A stretch of DNA of 64,000 nt, taken from assembly GCA_015490535.1 (NCBI GenBank), contig WFXP01000107.1, forward strand, positions 3,548-67,547, written 5' to 3'. The translations under genes were made by a program, and so were the position numbers. Every line of letters starts with the position of its first letter. The stretch's first letter is position 1. The notes under the pieces were generated by a model. That model worked only from the letters and a program-made list of their open reading frames with translations, was not told the DNA's origin and did no database searches. Below, one piece after another: positions 1 through 10,418 of the stretch. Source of the DNA: Gammaproteobacteria bacterium. Its GTDB lineage: Bacteria; Pseudomonadota; Gammaproteobacteria; Thiohalospirales; Thiohalospiraceae.

Positions 1-322
1 TCACCGAAACCGGAGCTATGGAGAGGATGGTGAACAGCACCACCAGGCGCAGTTTCATCCTGGAACCCGCGGCATGGCGCCGGTACTGGGAGATCATCTG
101 CTGCAGCTGGTAGAGAATCAGTACCGACAGCAGCACCAGCGCCACCACGTTTACCGCCAGCAGGGAGCTGTAGTAGTTGCTGAACAGGGTGGAATCCCGG
201 GCCGCGCCGATCATCAGGTAGAGGGAGGCCAGCAGCAGAACCACCAGCAGAATCAGCAGGCGCGGCCCGGTGATCACCCGGACCACCTTGCGCCAGCCAC
301 GATTCAGATCCGCGGTGCCCAT
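1..322 (-). CDS. membrane protein, N-terminal part only (probable sensor histidine kinase N-terminus; runs off window)
   Basis: Own minus-strand translation from the ATG at 320-322: MGTADLNRGWRKVVRVITGPRLLILLVVLLLASLYLMIG...SRMKLRLVVLFTILSIAPVSV, open to position 1. Two hydrophobic helices. The start overlaps the stop of the DUF4390 ORF. The kinase call rests only on the usual rsmB-DUF4390-sensor kinase synteny. Confidence 0.35.
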   Translation of the reverse strand, partial: MGTADLNRGWRKVVRVITGPRLLILLVVLLLASLYLMIGAARDSTLFSNYYSSLLAVNVVALVLLSVLILYQLQQMISQYRRHAAGSRMKLRLVVLFTILSIAPVSV

Positions 323-918
323 GTGTACCACTCACTGGTGAGACGCCAGCGCGACGACAGATAGGCCAGCAGACGCAGTGGCTGCGGCAGTGACTCGATG
401 TCCAGGGCTACCCGCATGCGCGCCGTGTACTGCCCGCCGGAGGGGAGCAGATTGGCATCCAGCAGGGGGAGATCCTTGAGCCGCCCCAGCGCCTCCAGGG
501 CGTCGTCCAGCTTCTGGTAGCTGGTTTCGGTGCCCATATTGAGGTTGCTGAGCACGTAGTGCTGGGCGAGGGCGAAATAGCGCAGGCGGGAACGCTGCTT
601 GATCACCGCCAGGCGCTCGTCCCACCACGGCCAGGGACGGTTCTGCAGCAGCTCGATGCGCAGCTCTATGGTCAGCGGAACCCCGTTGTGCAGCGCCTCC
701 AGCACCGGCTTGGTGAGTTCGTAGTGGATCTCCGCATTCACCATGTAGACGCGGTTGTCCAGATAGAGATGGGCGCTGCGGATGGTAAAGGGTTGCGCCT
801 CCGCCCTGGCCAGGAGAGGCGAGGCCAGCAGCAGGGTGACGATCAGCAGATCGGTCAGATAGCGGCCGTTGCCGATACGCAGCATGTTTACCGTATACAA
901 GAGGCGGTCATCCCGCAT
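304..918 (-). CDS. DUF4390-like periplasmic protein
   Basis: 204-aa ORF with a signal-like N-terminus (LLIVTLLLASPLLARAEA). Its position directly downstream of rsmB is typical for DUF4390. An alternative start exists at 885. Confidence 0.55.
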   Translation of the reverse strand: MRDDRLLYTVNMLRIGNGRYLTDLLIVTLLLASPLLARAEAQPFTIRSAHLYLDNRVYMVNAEIHYELTKPVLEALHNGVPLTIELRIELLQNRPWPWWDERLAVIKQRSRLRYFALAQHYVLSNLNMGTETSYQKLDDALEALGRLKDLPLLDANLLPSGGQYTARMRVALDIESLPQPLRLLAYLSSRWRLTSEWYTWAPRI

Positions 919-988
919 CTTTCACCACCTCTTTCCGGGAGATGGCCGGGCGCGCCGCTCCCCTACCCACGGCAGCGGGAGAGGCGGG

Positions 989-2290
989 TTAGCATACCTT
1001 CTGCAGACGTGCATAATAGAAACCGTCCATCTGGTCTTCTCCGGGCAAAATCTGCCTTCCCACCAATGTTGCCCTCCCCCACCCTGCAGCTATGGGCAGC
1101 TCCCTGGCATCTGGGTGTTTGTCAATGAAATCCGCCACTTGCTGGACATTTTCCCGTTTCAGCACGGAGCAAGTCGCATATAACAGAATACCGCCAGGCT
1201 TGAGTAAAAACCACAACGACTCCAGTATTTGTTGCTGTTTCGCCACAAGTGCGGATATGTCACTCTCCCGCCGCAACAGCTTGATATCGGGGTGGCGCCG
1301 GATCACCCCGCTGGCCGAGCAGGGGGCATCCAGCAGGACACGGTCGAACCGACTGCCGTCCCACCACTGCCGGGGATTGGCGGCATCCCCGACATGCAGC
1401 CGCGCCTCCAGCGCCAGGCGGGTGAGATTCTGCCGCACCAGTTGCAGGCGCTGCGCATCGCTGTCCAGCGCCACCAGCTCGGCCAGATCCGGTTGCAGCT
1501 CGAGCAGGTGCGCCGTCTTGCCCCCCGGCGCTGCGCAGGCGTCCAGCACCCGCTCTCCTGGCCGGGGGTCCAGCAGCCGCGCGGCCAGCTGGGCGGCGCC
1601 ATCCTGCACCGACACCTCGCCCGCGGCGAACCCCGGCAGCTCCTGCACCTCCACAGCCCGCTCCAGGATCACTCCCTCCGGGACATGGGGCGACGGGTTC
1701 CCCTCCATGCCGGCGGAACGCAGCTTGCGCAGCCACGCGTCGCGCCCGATGCGGCGCTGGTTGATGCGCAACGTCATGGGAGCCTGGGCGTTATTGGCGG
1801 CTACCAGCTGCAGCCACTGCTCCGGCCAGTCGTGGCGCAGCATGTCGAACATCCAGCGCGGATGGGCGCAGGCGGTGGCGGGATCCCGATCCACCAGCTC
1901 CAGGGTCTGCTCCGCGCTGCGCAGGAAGGCGCGCAACACCGCATTGATCATCCGGCCCGCCCAGGGCTTACCGATGGCGCGGGCAAGCGCTACCGTCTCC
2001 GAGACGGCGGCGTGGTCCGGAACCCGCAGATGGATCAGCTGGTACAGTCCCAGCAGCAGGATAAGCTGCAGCTCCCGGTCACGGCGCCGCAGGGGGCGCT
2101 CCAGATGACACGCGGCGCACGCCTCGAGCCGTGGCAGGAAGCGCAACACACCGAAGGCCAGCTGGCGGGCAAAGGCCCGGTCGCGGGATTCCGGGATCCG
2201 CGCCAGGATCTCCGGCATAAGCGTGGCGAGCGAGCGGCCCTGCTCCAGTACCCCGCTCACCATCAGCAGTGCGGCGCGGCGCGGGTTCAT
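989..2290 (-). CDS. rsmB: 16S rRNA (cytosine967-C5)-methyltransferase RsmB
   Basis: NusB-like N-domain plus SAM methyltransferase motifs (VLDACAAPGGKT, DAPCSASGVIRRHPD). ATG at 2288-2290 overlaps the fmt stop (ATGA). The track ORF extends to 2593 as an in-frame upstream extension. Confidence 0.9.
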   Translation of the reverse strand: MNPRRAALLMVSGVLEQGRSLATLMPEILARIPESRDRAFARQLAFGVLRFLPRLEACAACHLERPLRRRDRELQLILLLGLYQLIHLRVPDHAAVSETVALARAIGKPWAGRMINAVLRAFLRSAEQTLELVDRDPATACAHPRWMFDMLRHDWPEQWLQLVAANNAQAPMTLRINQRRIGRDAWLRKLRSAGMEGNPSPHVPEGVILERAVEVQELPGFAAGEVSVQDGAAQLAARLLDPRPGERVLDACAAPGGKTAHLLELQPDLAELVALDSDAQRLQLVRQNLTRLALEARLHVGDAANPRQWWDGSRFDRVLLDAPCSASGVIRRHPDIKLLRRESDISALVAKQQQILESLWFLLKPGGILLYATCSVLKRENVQQVADFIDKHPDARELPIAAGWGRATLVGRQILPGEDQMDGFYYARLQKVC

Positions 2291-3237
2291 CCGCCCAGGA
2301 TGGTACCGGGGTTCCCCAGCTCCGGATGTCCGTTGAGAAATTCGGCGGCTCCCATCTGCCTCCCACCTGCCCCCTGCAGCCGCAGGATGCGCAGCACCCC
2401 CTCCCCGGTGGCCACCTCGATCCCCTGCCGGCCGGCCCGCAGCACGGTCCCGGGCGCCTCCCTCACGTCGCGCTCCCCGGGCAGATCCGCCTGCCAGATG
2501 CGCAACGGCTCCCCGCCGACGGTGGTTCGCACCACCGGCCAGGGGTTGAATGCCCGGATGCACCGCTCCAGCTCCAGCGCGGGCCGGCTCCACTCCAGCC
2601 GGGCCTCGTCCTTCTCCAGTTTGGGGGCGTAGGTGGCCCGCGCCTCGTCCTGGGGCAGCGGATCGAGGGAACCCTCCACGAGCGATTGCAGGGTTTCGAG
2701 CAGGGCCCGGGCCCCCAGCCCGGCGAGCCGATGGTGCAACGTGTGGGCGGTATCGCCGGCGTGGATCGGAGTAACCAGCCGGTGCAGCACCGGACCGGTG
2801 TCCAGCCCCCGTTCCATCTGCATGATGCTCACCCCGGTCTCCCGATCACCGGCCATTATGGCGCGCTGGATGGGGGCGGCACCCCGCCAGCGCGGCAACA
2901 GCGAGGCGTGCACGTTGATGCAGCCAAGGCGCGGCGCTTCCAGCACCGCTTGCGGCAGCAGCAGGCCGTAGGCCGCCACCACCATCAGGTCAGCCCGCAG
3001 GGCGCGCAACCGCTGCGCTTCGGCATCATCGAGCGCCGGTGGCTGATAGATGGGCAACCGATGCTGCTCGGCCAACCTCTTGACCGCGCTGGCAGTGAGC
3101 CTGCGCCCCCTGCCCGCCGGCCGATCCGGCTGGGTATAGACCGCGCAGATCATGTGGCGCCCGTTCAGCAGGGCCTCCAGGGAGGTGGCGGCAAACTCCG
3201 GGGTGCCGGCGAATACGATACGCAGGGGGGCGCTCAT
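2287..3237 (-). CDS. fmt: methionyl-tRNA formyltransferase
   Basis: 316 aa. RIVFAGTPEFA N-terminus, HASLLPRWRGAAPIQ motif, def-fmt-rsmB synteny. Confidence 0.95.
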   Translation of the reverse strand: MSAPLRIVFAGTPEFAATSLEALLNGRHMICAVYTQPDRPAGRGRRLTASAVKRLAEQHRLPIYQPPALDDAEAQRLRALRADLMVVAAYGLLLPQAVLEAPRLGCINVHASLLPRWRGAAPIQRAIMAGDRETGVSIMQMERGLDTGPVLHRLVTPIHAGDTAHTLHHRLAGLGARALLETLQSLVEGSLDPLPQDEARATYAPKLEKDEARLEWSRPALELERCIRAFNPWPVVRTTVGGEPLRIWQADLPGERDVREAPGTVLRAGRQGIEVATGEGVLRILRLQGAGGRQMGAAEFLNGHPELGNPGTILGG

Positions 3238-3258
3238 GAAACGACCATCGCGGCGGGC

Positions 3259-3762
3259 CTACCCGGCCCTGCGGCGCAGCTTCTCCAGTTTCTTGCGGAT
3301 CCGCTGCCGCTTCACCTCCGAGAGATAGTCCACGAACAGTTTTCCCTCCAGGTGATCCATCTCATGCTGGATACAGACCGCCAGCAGCCCCTCGGCCTCC
3401 CGCTCGAACGGCTCGCCGTTCCGGTCCAGGGCGCGAAACCTGATCCAGGTGGCGCGCTGCACCGGCTCGTAGAAACCGGGCACGGAGAGACACCCCTCCT
3501 CATAGGGCTCCACTCCGGATCTATCCAGCAGCTGAGGATTGATCAACACCAGCGGCTGATCGCGCTGCTCCGACACATCCACCACCAGCAGCCGCAACCG
3601 CACGTTCACCTGGGGAGCCGCCAGACCGATACCGGGAACCTCGTACATGGTCTGCAGCATATCATCTATCAACCGCTGCAGGCCGGCGTCGAAACTGGTG
3701 ACCGGCTCGGTCTTTCTGCGCAGACGGGGGTCAGGGTAGAGGAGGATCGGGAGCCTGGCCAT
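3259..3762 (-). CDS. def: peptide deformylase
   Basis: 167 aa from the ATG at 3760-3762. Motifs [19 protein letters not shown]. The track ORF 3259..5004 is an upstream extension. Confidence 0.95.
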   Translation of the reverse strand: MARLPILLYPDPRLRRKTEPVTSFDAGLQRLIDDMLQTMYEVPGIGLAAPQVNVRLRLLVVDVSEQRDQPLVLINPQLLDRSGVEPYEEGCLSVPGFYEPVQRATWIRFRALDRNGEPFEREAEGLLAVCIQHEMDHLEGKLFVDYLSEVKRQRIRKKLEKLRRRAG

Positions 3763-3861
3763 CTGGAAGCTGACGTTTCGGTTACGGTTGCGGTCGCGGT
3801 TAAGGATAATGATACTCGAACCGATATAGATTGTAACGTAACCAATCCGAAGGGAGTGCAG

Positions 3862-4911
3862 ATGGTCTCCATGTTCGACGTTGCGGGCAGAGCCGTTGTC
3901 CTCATGCTGCTGTTCTGCTGCGCGGCCGGGCCCGCCCTGGCGCAGCAGATTGACCTGAACCCTGATCACCCTGACCGCTACGTGGTGGTCAAGGGGGACA
4001 CCCTGTGGGACATATCCGCGCGTTTCCTGCGCGATCCCTGGATGTGGCCGGAGGTGTGGCAGGCCAACCCGCAGATCGCCAACCCCCACCTGATCTATCC
4101 AGGCGACACCATCGCCCTGGAGTACCATGACGGCAGGCCGGTGCTGCGCCTGGAGCGCGGCCGTAGGACGGTCAAGCTCTCCCCCAAGGTGCGTGCGCAG
4201 GAGCTGGATCAGGCCATCCCCACCATCGATCCCGACGCCATCCGCCACTTTCTCAACCGGGCCCGCGTGGTGAGCGAAGAGGAGCTGGAGCGCTCCCCCT
4301 ATGTGCTGGGAGGGGTGGAGAGGCGCCTGCTGGCCGGAACCCCCGGAGAGCACATCTACGCGCGCGGCATCACCGACCAGGAGGTGCGCCGGTTCGGAAT
4401 CTACCGCACCGGCAAGAGATACCTGAACCCGGCCGACAAAAAGGAGGTCCTGGGACACGAGGTGGTACGGGTGGCGACCGCGGTGCTGGAGAGCAGGGGC
4501 GATCCCGCAACCCTGCGCGTAACCGAGATAAACCGCGAGATCCGCGCAGGTGATCGCCTGCTGCCCATCGGCAGAGACAGCGCCGCCGACATCCACCTGT
4601 TCCCGCGCGCCCCTCAAGCCGGCGCCAGGGGGAGTATCATCTCGGTCTTCGACGGGGTGACCATGGTGGGTCAATACCAGGGTGTGGTGCTCAACCTGGG
4701 ACACCAGCAGGGGATCCAGGCGGGCCATGTGCTGGCGGTATATCAGGCCAACGGCGTGATCCGTGACCCGGTGACCGGCGAACAGGTGGAGCTGCCGGAG
4801 GAGCGCGCCGGCGTGCTGCTGGTGTTCCGTACCTTCGATCGGGTGAGCTATGCGCTGTTGATGGAATCCACGCGGCCGGTCAGGGTTGGGGATGGTGTGC
4901 GTAATCCGTGA
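3862..4911 (+). CDS. LysM peptidoglycan-binding domain protein (TsaP-like, conserved def/dprA neighbour)
   Basis: Signal peptide ([16 protein letters not shown]) then a LysM motif ([17 protein letters not shown]...IYPGD). It is the 3' part of track ORF 2269..4911. ATG at 3862 (alternative at 3871). Confidence 0.75.
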   Translation: MVSMFDVAGRAVVLMLLFCCAAGPALAQQIDLNPDHPDRYVVVKGDTLWDISARFLRDPWMWPEVWQANPQIANPHLIYPGDTIALEYHDGRPVLRLERGRRTVKLSPKVRAQELDQAIPTIDPDAIRHFLNRARVVSEEELERSPYVLGGVERRLLAGTPGEHIYARGITDQEVRRFGIYRTGKRYLNPADKKEVLGHEVVRVATAVLESRGDPATLRVTEINREIRAGDRLLPIGRDSAADIHLFPRAPQAGARGSIISVFDGVTMVGQYQGVVLNLGHQQGIQAGHVLAVYQANGVIRDPVTGEQVELPEERAGVLLVFRTFDRVSYALLMESTRPVRVGDGVRNP

Positions 4912-4928
4912 TTCGTGACTCGTGATTC

Positions 4929-6065
4929 GTGACTGGTGACGGTTCTGGGGCGGATGGGGCGTATGCCTGGCTGACGTTGTGGCGCGCACCCGGCATCGGT
5001 GCACGGCGCTTCATGCAGCTGCTGGAACGGTTCGGTACCCCTGCCGCGGTGCTGAGCGCCGGGCAGGCGCGGTTGCGGGAGGCGGGAATCAGCGATCCCG
5101 CCACCCTTGCATGGCTGCGGGAGCCGGACGAGAGCGCCGTGGCCCGGGATCTGGAGTGGCTGGAGCAGCCAGGGAACCATCTGCTCACCATAGAGTCATC
5201 CGGCTATCCTCCCCTGCTGCGCGAAATCCCCGACCCTCCACCCCTGCTGTTCGTGCGCGGCGAGCCGGCCCTGCTGCGCCACCCCCAGCTGGCTGTGGTG
5301 GGGAGCCGCAGCGCCACCGCTCCCGGATGCGAAACCGCGTTTGCCTTCGCCCACCAGCTGTCCGCGCAGGGGATGGCCATCACCAGCGGCCTGGCCCTCG
5401 GTATCGATGCCGCGGCCCACCGCGGCGCCCTGGCCGGAAGCGGCCTCACCGTGGCGGTGACCGGCACCGGGCCAGACCGTATCTACCCGGCGCGCAACCG
5501 GCTCCTTGCCCACGAGATTGCGGAGCGTGGCGTGCTGGTCTCCGAGTTCCCCGTCGGCACCGCCCCGGCCCGCGCCAACTTCCCGCGCCGCAACCGCATC
5601 ATCAGCGGACTGGCGTTGGGCACGCTGGTGGTGGAAGCCACCACCCGCAGCGGCTCCCTTATCACCGCCCGCCTGGCCGCCGAGCAGGGGCGCGAGGTGT
5701 TTGCCGTTCCCGGCTCCATCCGGAACCCCCAGGCGCGAGGCTGTCACCTTCTGATCCGCCAGGGCGCGAGGCTGGTGGAGAGCGCAGCCGACATCCTGGA
5801 GGAGCTCCGCGGCACCCTGACCATCGCGCTGCAGAACGGCTCCGGCGCGCCGGAACGGGAGGAACCCGAAGAGGTCCAACCGGACGGGGAGTACGCAATC
5901 CTGCTCGACGCCATGGGGTTCGACCCGGTTTCGGTCGATACTATAGTTGAACGGAGTGGATTGACGACAGAGGAAGTTTCCTCCATGCTGTTGGTACTGG
6001 AATTGCAGGATCGGGTAAAATCCATACCCGGTGGCCTTTACAGCAGGTCCGGCAAGGGGATGTGA
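4929..6065 (+). CDS. dprA: DNA-processing protein DprA
   Basis: 378 aa. Rossmann-like DprA core (VVGSRSAT...[15 protein letters not shown]...[28 protein letters not shown]). The GTG start lies inside the heptamer repeat, so the start is uncertain. Confidence 0.9.
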   Translation: MTGDGSGADGAYAWLTLWRAPGIGARRFMQLLERFGTPAAVLSAGQARLREAGISDPATLAWLREPDESAVARDLEWLEQPGNHLLTIESSGYPPLLREIPDPPPLLFVRGEPALLRHPQLAVVGSRSATAPGCETAFAFAHQLSAQGMAITSGLALGIDAAAHRGALAGSGLTVAVTGTGPDRIYPARNRLLAHEIAERGVLVSEFPVGTAPARANFPRRNRIISGLALGTLVVEATTRSGSLITARLAAEQGREVFAVPGSIRNPQARGCHLLIRQGARLVESAADILEELRGTLTIALQNGSGAPEREEPEEVQPDGEYAILLDAMGFDPVSVDTIVERSGLTTEEVSSMLLVLELQDRVKSIPGGLYSRSGKGM

Positions 6066-6068
6066 ACC

Positions 6069-6545
6069 ATGAAAGAGTCCGTACTCGATGTACTTATGTA
6101 CCTGTTCGAAAACTACATTTACGACGATGTGGAGATCGGGCCGGACGAAGAGGCGCTGCGCACCGAGCTGAGCGCGGCCGGCTTTCGCAATGCGGAGATA
6201 GACAAGGCGCTGGGCTGGCTGGAGGGCCTGGCCAACCTGCAGGAGAACCTGAGCGCCGCTCCCCTGTGCAGCCACTCCATCCGCTTGTACACGGAAGCGG
6301 AGTGTGAAAAACTGGATCGGGAGGCGCGCGGTTTCCTGCTGTTCCTGGAGCAGGTCGCGGTGCTGGACCAGGTGAGCCGCGAGATGGTAATCGACCGCAT
6401 CATGGCCCTGGAAGCGGACGAGATCGATCTGGACCAGCTCAAGTGGGTGGTGTTGATGGTGCTGTTCAACATGCCCGGACAGGAGGCCGCCTTCGCCTGG
6501 ATGGAGGACATGGTGTTCAACGACATGCCGGTCAGCCTGCACTGA
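6069..6545 (+). CDS. smg: Smg protein (DUF494)
   Basis: 158 aa. VLDVLMYLFENYI...LKWVVLMVLFNMPG is closely similar to E. coli Smg. dprA-smg-topA synteny. Confidence 0.85.
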   Translation: MKESVLDVLMYLFENYIYDDVEIGPDEEALRTELSAAGFRNAEIDKALGWLEGLANLQENLSAAPLCSHSIRLYTEAECEKLDREARGFLLFLEQVAVLDQVSREMVIDRIMALEADEIDLDQLKWVVLMVLFNMPGQEAAFAWMEDMVFNDMPVSLH

Positions 6546-6583
6546 GCGGATGGCGTCACCCCATCCCCGTTTCATAGTCGAAC

Positions 6584-6605
6584 GCCCGCGCCAGCGGGCT
6601 TTTTT
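6584..6605 (+). terminator. candidate rho-independent terminator or attenuator between smg and topA
   Basis: GCCCGC-gcca-GCGGGC stem followed by TTTTTT. Confidence 0.5.
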
Positions 6606-6611
6606 CGGAAT

Positions 6612-8915
6612 ATGGCAAAAAATCTGGTAATAGTGGAGTCGCCCGCCAAGGCGAAAACCATCAAGAAATACCTGGGCAAGGAGTTCGAGGTGCTCGCCTC
6701 CTACGGGCATGTGCGCGACCTGCTGCCCAAGGAGGGAGCGGTGGATCCGGCCCACGACTTTGCCATGAAATACCGCATCATCGACAAGAACGCCCGGCAT
6801 GTGGATGCCATCGCCAAGGCGTTGAAGAAGGCCGATGCCCTCTATCTGGCAACCGACCCGGACCGCGAGGGAGAGGCCATCTCGTGGCACCTTTACGAGC
6901 TGCTGAAGAAACGCAAGGCGCTGGAGGGCAAGAAGGTGGGGCGGGTGGTGTTCCACGAGATCACCAGGCGCGCCATCCAGGAGGCCATCCAGAACCCGCG
7001 GGAGCTCTCCACCGACCTGATCAACGCCCAGCAGGCGCGCCGCGCGCTGGACTACCTGGTAGGCTTCAACCTCTCTCCGCTGCTGTGGAAGAAGATCCGG
7101 CGTGGCCTCTCCGCCGGCCGCGTCCAGAGTCCGGCGCTGCGCCTGATAGTGGAGCGGGAGGAGGAGATTGAGAGGTTCCGCTCTCGGGAGTACTGGACCA
7201 TCGAGGCCAACCTGACGGCTGGGGGGCAGAAGTTCCCCGCCAGGCTGACCCACTATCAGGGAGAGAAGCTGGGCCAGTTCAGCATCACCAGCGGGGAGCG
7301 GGCCGGGGAGGTGGAGCAAACCCTGGCCAGGGCCGCCGGTGGCAAGTTGCTGGTCACCAGGGTGGAGAAGAAGCAGCGCCGGCGCAATCCGGCGGCGCCC
7401 TTTACCACCTCCACGCTGCAGCAGGAGGCATCGCGCAAGCTCGGGTTCACCGCCCAACGCACCATGCGCATCGCCCAGCAGCTCTACGAGGGTGTGGACA
7501 TCGGTGGCGAAACCGTCGGTCTCATCACCTACATGCGTACCGACTCGGTGACCCTGGCCCGGGAGGCTCTGGAGGAGATCCGCGCCCTGATTGGCGAACG
7601 CTACGGCAGCGCCGCCCTGCCCGGCAAGCCGCGTCTGTACAGGACCAAGGCCAAGAACGCCCAGGAGGCCCACGAGGCGATCCGGCCCACCTCCGCGCGC
7701 CACCTGCCGGAGGTTGTCAGGCGGCACCTCAGCAAGGAGCAGCACAAGCTCTACGACCTGATCTGGAAGCGCACCATCGCCTGCCAGATGATCCACGCCA
7801 CCATCGACACCGTTGCGGTGGAGATGCAGGCCGGGAAGCCGGGCAACCTGTTCCGCGCCACCGGCTCCACGGTCGTCAACCCCGGTTTCATGGCGGTCTA
7901 CCAGGAGGGGCGTGACGACAGCAAGGAGGGCGACGAGAAGGAGCGCCTGCTGCCTCCCCTCCAGAAGGGGGACCAGGTGGATCTGCTCGCCATCCGCCCC
8001 GAGCAGCATTTCACCGAGCCGCCCCCGCGCTACACCGAGGCCAGCCTGGTCAAGGCGCTGGAGGAGTATGGCATCGGGCGCCCCTCCACCTACGCCAGCA
8101 TCATCTCCACCCTGCAGAACCGGGAGTATGTGGAGATGGACCGCAAGCGCTTCATCCCCACCGACGTGGGACGCATTGTCAACAGGTTCCTCACCCAGCA
8201 CTTCACCCGTTATGTGGACTACAACTTCACCGCCAACCTGGAGAACGAGCTGGATGAGATCTCGCGCGGCGAACGGGAGTGGGTCCCGGTGCTGCGGGAG
8301 TTCTGGGAACCCTTCATCGAGCTGGTACACGACAAGGAGAGCAACGTCAGCCGCAAGGATGTGACCCGGGAGGAGCTGGACGAGGCCTGCCCCAAATGCG
8401 GCAAGCCGCTCGCCATCCAGCTGGGACGGCGCGGGCGCTTCATCGGCTGCACCGGCTACCCGGAGTGTGACTACACCCGCAACCTGAACGAGGAGGCGGA
8501 CTCGACCGGGCCGGAGCCGGTGGAGGGGCGCAGCTGTCCGGAGTGCAACTCGGCGCTCATCATCCGCCAGGGGCGTTACGGCAAGTTCATCGGCTGCAGC
8601 AGCTACCCCGAGTGCCGCTACATCGAACCGCTGGAGAAGCCGGCGGACACGGGAGTACCCTGCCCCCAGTGCGGCAAGGGAACCATGTTCAAGCGCAAGT
8701 CCCGCTCCGGCAAGGTGTTCTACTCCTGCTCCGGATATCCGGAGTGCAGCTACGCCATCTGGAACGAACCGGTGGCGGAGCCCTGCCCGGAGTGTGGCTG
8801 GCCAATTCTCACCATCAAGACCACCAGGCGGCGGGGCACGGAAAAGGTCTGTCCGCAGCGGGAGTGCCGCTTCGTCCAGCCCGGTGGGGGCGGAAAGATG
8901 GCCAGCGCCGGGTGA
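6612..8915 (+). CDS. topA: DNA topoisomerase I
   Basis: 767 aa. TOPRIM N-terminus (LVIVESPAKAKTI), catalytic region (ITYMRTDS), several C-terminal C4 zinc ribbons (CPKCG..CTGYPEC). Confidence 0.95.
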   Translation: MAKNLVIVESPAKAKTIKKYLGKEFEVLASYGHVRDLLPKEGAVDPAHDFAMKYRIIDKNARHVDAIAKALKKADALYLATDPDREGEAISWHLYELLKKRKALEGKKVGRVVFHEITRRAIQEAIQNPRELSTDLINAQQARRALDYLVGFNLSPLLWKKIRRGLSAGRVQSPALRLIVEREEEIERFRSREYWTIEANLTAGGQKFPARLTHYQGEKLGQFSITSGERAGEVEQTLARAAGGKLLVTRVEKKQRRRNPAAPFTTSTLQQEASRKLGFTAQRTMRIAQQLYEGVDIGGETVGLITYMRTDSVTLAREALEEIRALIGERYGSAALPGKPRLYRTKAKNAQEAHEAIRPTSARHLPEVVRRHLSKEQHKLYDLIWKRTIACQMIHATIDTVAVEMQAGKPGNLFRATGSTVVNPGFMAVYQEGRDDSKEGDEKERLLPPLQKGDQVDLLAIRPEQHFTEPPPRYTEASLVKALEEYGIGRPSTYASIISTLQNREYVEMDRKRFIPTDVGRIVNRFLTQHFTRYVDYNFTANLENELDEISRGEREWVPVLREFWEPFIELVHDKESNVSRKDVTREELDEACPKCGKPLAIQLGRRGRFIGCTGYPECDYTRNLNEEADSTGPEPVEGRSCPECNSALIIRQGRYGKFIGCSSYPECRYIEPLEKPADTGVPCPQCGKGTMFKRKSRSGKVFYSCSGYPECSYAIWNEPVAEPCPECGWPILTIKTTRRRGTEKVCPQRECRFVQPGGGGKMASAG

Positions 8916-9475
8916 AACAGCCGGACTTCGCCCTGCGCCGGGCGCTCCACGTACTCCGCCAGGGGGGGGTGATCGCCTACCCTACCGAGGCGGTCTATGG
9001 CTTGGGGTGCGATCCTCTGGATGGCGCCGCCGTGCAGCGGCTGCTGGAGCTGAAAGGGCGACCGCTGCACAAGGGGCTGATCCTGATCGCCGCGGAGCTC
9101 TCCCAGCTGCTGCCCCTTATCCAACCGCCATCCGCGGACAGGCTGCAGCTGTTGAGGGAGAGCTGGCCGGGACCGGTCACCTGGGTGGTGGCGGCACGCC
9201 CGGAGCTTCCCTTCTGGCTGCGCGGTAACCACACCACCGTCGCGGTAAGGGTGACCGGCCACCCGCTGGCGGCGGCGCTGTGCCGCGCTTTTGGCGGAGC
9301 CCTGGTCTCCACCAGCGCCAACCCGGCGGGCCTGCCCCCGGCACGCAGCCCGCTCGCCGTACGCCGCTACTTTGGCGGACGGGTGAACCAGATTCTGCAC
9401 GGCGCAACCGGCGGGCTGCGGAGGCCCACCGAGATCCGCAGCCTGGCCGACGGCAGGGTACTGCGCCCCGCCTGA
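8912..9475 (+). CDS. tsaC: L-threonylcarbamoyladenylate synthase TsaC/YrdC
   Basis: GTG at 8912 overlaps the topA stop. YPTEAVYGLGCD, LKGRP and STSAN motifs. About 187 aa. Confidence 0.85.
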   Translation: MKQPDFALRRALHVLRQGGVIAYPTEAVYGLGCDPLDGAAVQRLLELKGRPLHKGLILIAAELSQLLPLIQPPSADRLQLLRESWPGPVTWVVAARPELPFWLRGNHTTVAVRVTGHPLAAALCRAFGGALVSTSANPAGLPPARSPLAVRRYFGGRVNQILHGATGGLRRPTEIRSLADGRVLRPA

Positions 9476-9490
9476 ACGGGGGATCATGGC

Positions 9491-9706
9491 GTGCCTTCCA
9501 GGAAACCGCACCCCTCCGCCCGCCTGGGCCTGCTGTCGCTGCTGACAGGCTTGACCGGCTCTGCCGTCGCCTACCTGGGTCTCTGGATCGAATCGGACAG
9601 CGTGGGACTGGTTGGCTTCAGCATCGTGGCGGTGGCGGTGATCGGCGCCGTAGGCTCCCTGCTGTGGAGCGCCATCTGGGCAATCAGCCGCAAATGGCGG
9701 GGATGA
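9491..9706 (+). CDS. hypothetical small membrane protein
   Basis: 71-aa ORF with two predicted hydrophobic helices and a GTG start after GGGGGA. No family recognised. Confidence 0.3.
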   Translation: MPSRKPHPSARLGLLSLLTGLTGSAVAYLGLWIESDSVGLVGFSIVAVAVIGAVGSLLWSAIWAISRKWRG

Positions 9707-9737
9707 TACCGCTGTGGCAACCCCGTGCGCATAGCCC

Positions 9738-10418
9738 TCAGCAGCGGTAAAGCGTGGGATCCGGCACGCCGGCCTCCTGAAACCCTTGCGCCCGCAGCCG
9801 GCAGGAGTCACACACCCCGCAGGCGTGCCCCTGTTCGTCAGCGGCGTAGCAGGAGACCGTCCGGGAGTAGTCCACCCCCAGCCCCACCCCCTTGCGGATA
9901 ATCTCCGCCTTGCTCAACTTCAGTAACGGCGCACGGATCCGGAACCGCCCGCGCCCCTCCACCGCCGCGCGGGTGGCCAGGTTGGCGGTCTGCTCGAAGG
10001 AGCGTATGAACCCGGGACGACAGTCGGGGTAGCCGGAGTAGTCCACCGCGTTGGCGCCGATGAAGATCTCCCACGCCTCCAGCACCTCCGCCCAGGCCAG
10101 GGCGAGAGAGAGCAGCAGGGTATTGCGGGCCGGCACGTAGGTGACCGGAATCCCCTCACTCGGCCGGGTCGGGATCTCGATGGCACTGTCGGTGAGTGCG
10201 GACCCCCCGATGCCACGCAGATCCAGCTGCAGCCTCCTGTGCTCCTCCACTCCGCTCTCCCGCGCCACACGCCGCGCCGCCGCCAGTTCGCTGCCGTGGC
10301 GCTGGCCGTAGTCCACGCTCAGGGCGTAACAGCGATAACCCTCCGCGCGGGCGATGGCCAGCACGGTGGCGGAATCCAGCCCTCCGGAGAGCAGCACTAC
10401 AGCCCTGTCACCCATCAC
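9738..10418 (-). CDS. queC: 7-cyano-7-deazaguanine synthase
   Basis: 226 aa. [14 protein letters not shown]-loop, C-terminal [10 protein letters not shown] zinc motif. Confidence 0.95.
   Translation of the reverse strand: MMGDRAVVLLSGGLDSATVLAIARAEGYRCYALSVDYGQRHGSELAAARRVARESGVEEHRRLQLDLRGIGGSALTDSAIEIPTRPSEGIPVTYVPARNTLLLSLALAWAEVLEAWEIFIGANAVDYSGYPDCRPGFIRSFEQTANLATRAAVEGRGRFRIRAPLLKLSKAEIIRKGVGLGVDYSRTVSCYAADEQGHACGVCDSCRLRAQGFQEAGVPDPTLYRC

Noticed and set aside
3779-3802. Four tandem CGGTNN hexamers in the def/LysM divergent promoter region.
   Set aside because: Too short and imperfect to support any function. Noted only as a curiosity.
5196-8330. 1044-aa minus-strand ORF, and similar very long ORFs at 2269-3861 (+), 1229-2632 (+), 13113-14165 (+), 17666-19318 (+), 24563-26326 (+), 39384-40745 (+), 52590-54650 (+), 45240-46529 (+).
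   Set aside because: Each lies antisense to, or out of frame with, a gene that has clear family motifs (topA, fmt/def, rsmB, tolB, rpoS/nlpD, mscS/nagZ, GT4, nrdD, wza). Their translations are Arg/Gly/Pro/Ala-rich with no recognisable motifs, which is the usual stop-codon-poor antisense artefact of GC-rich DNA.
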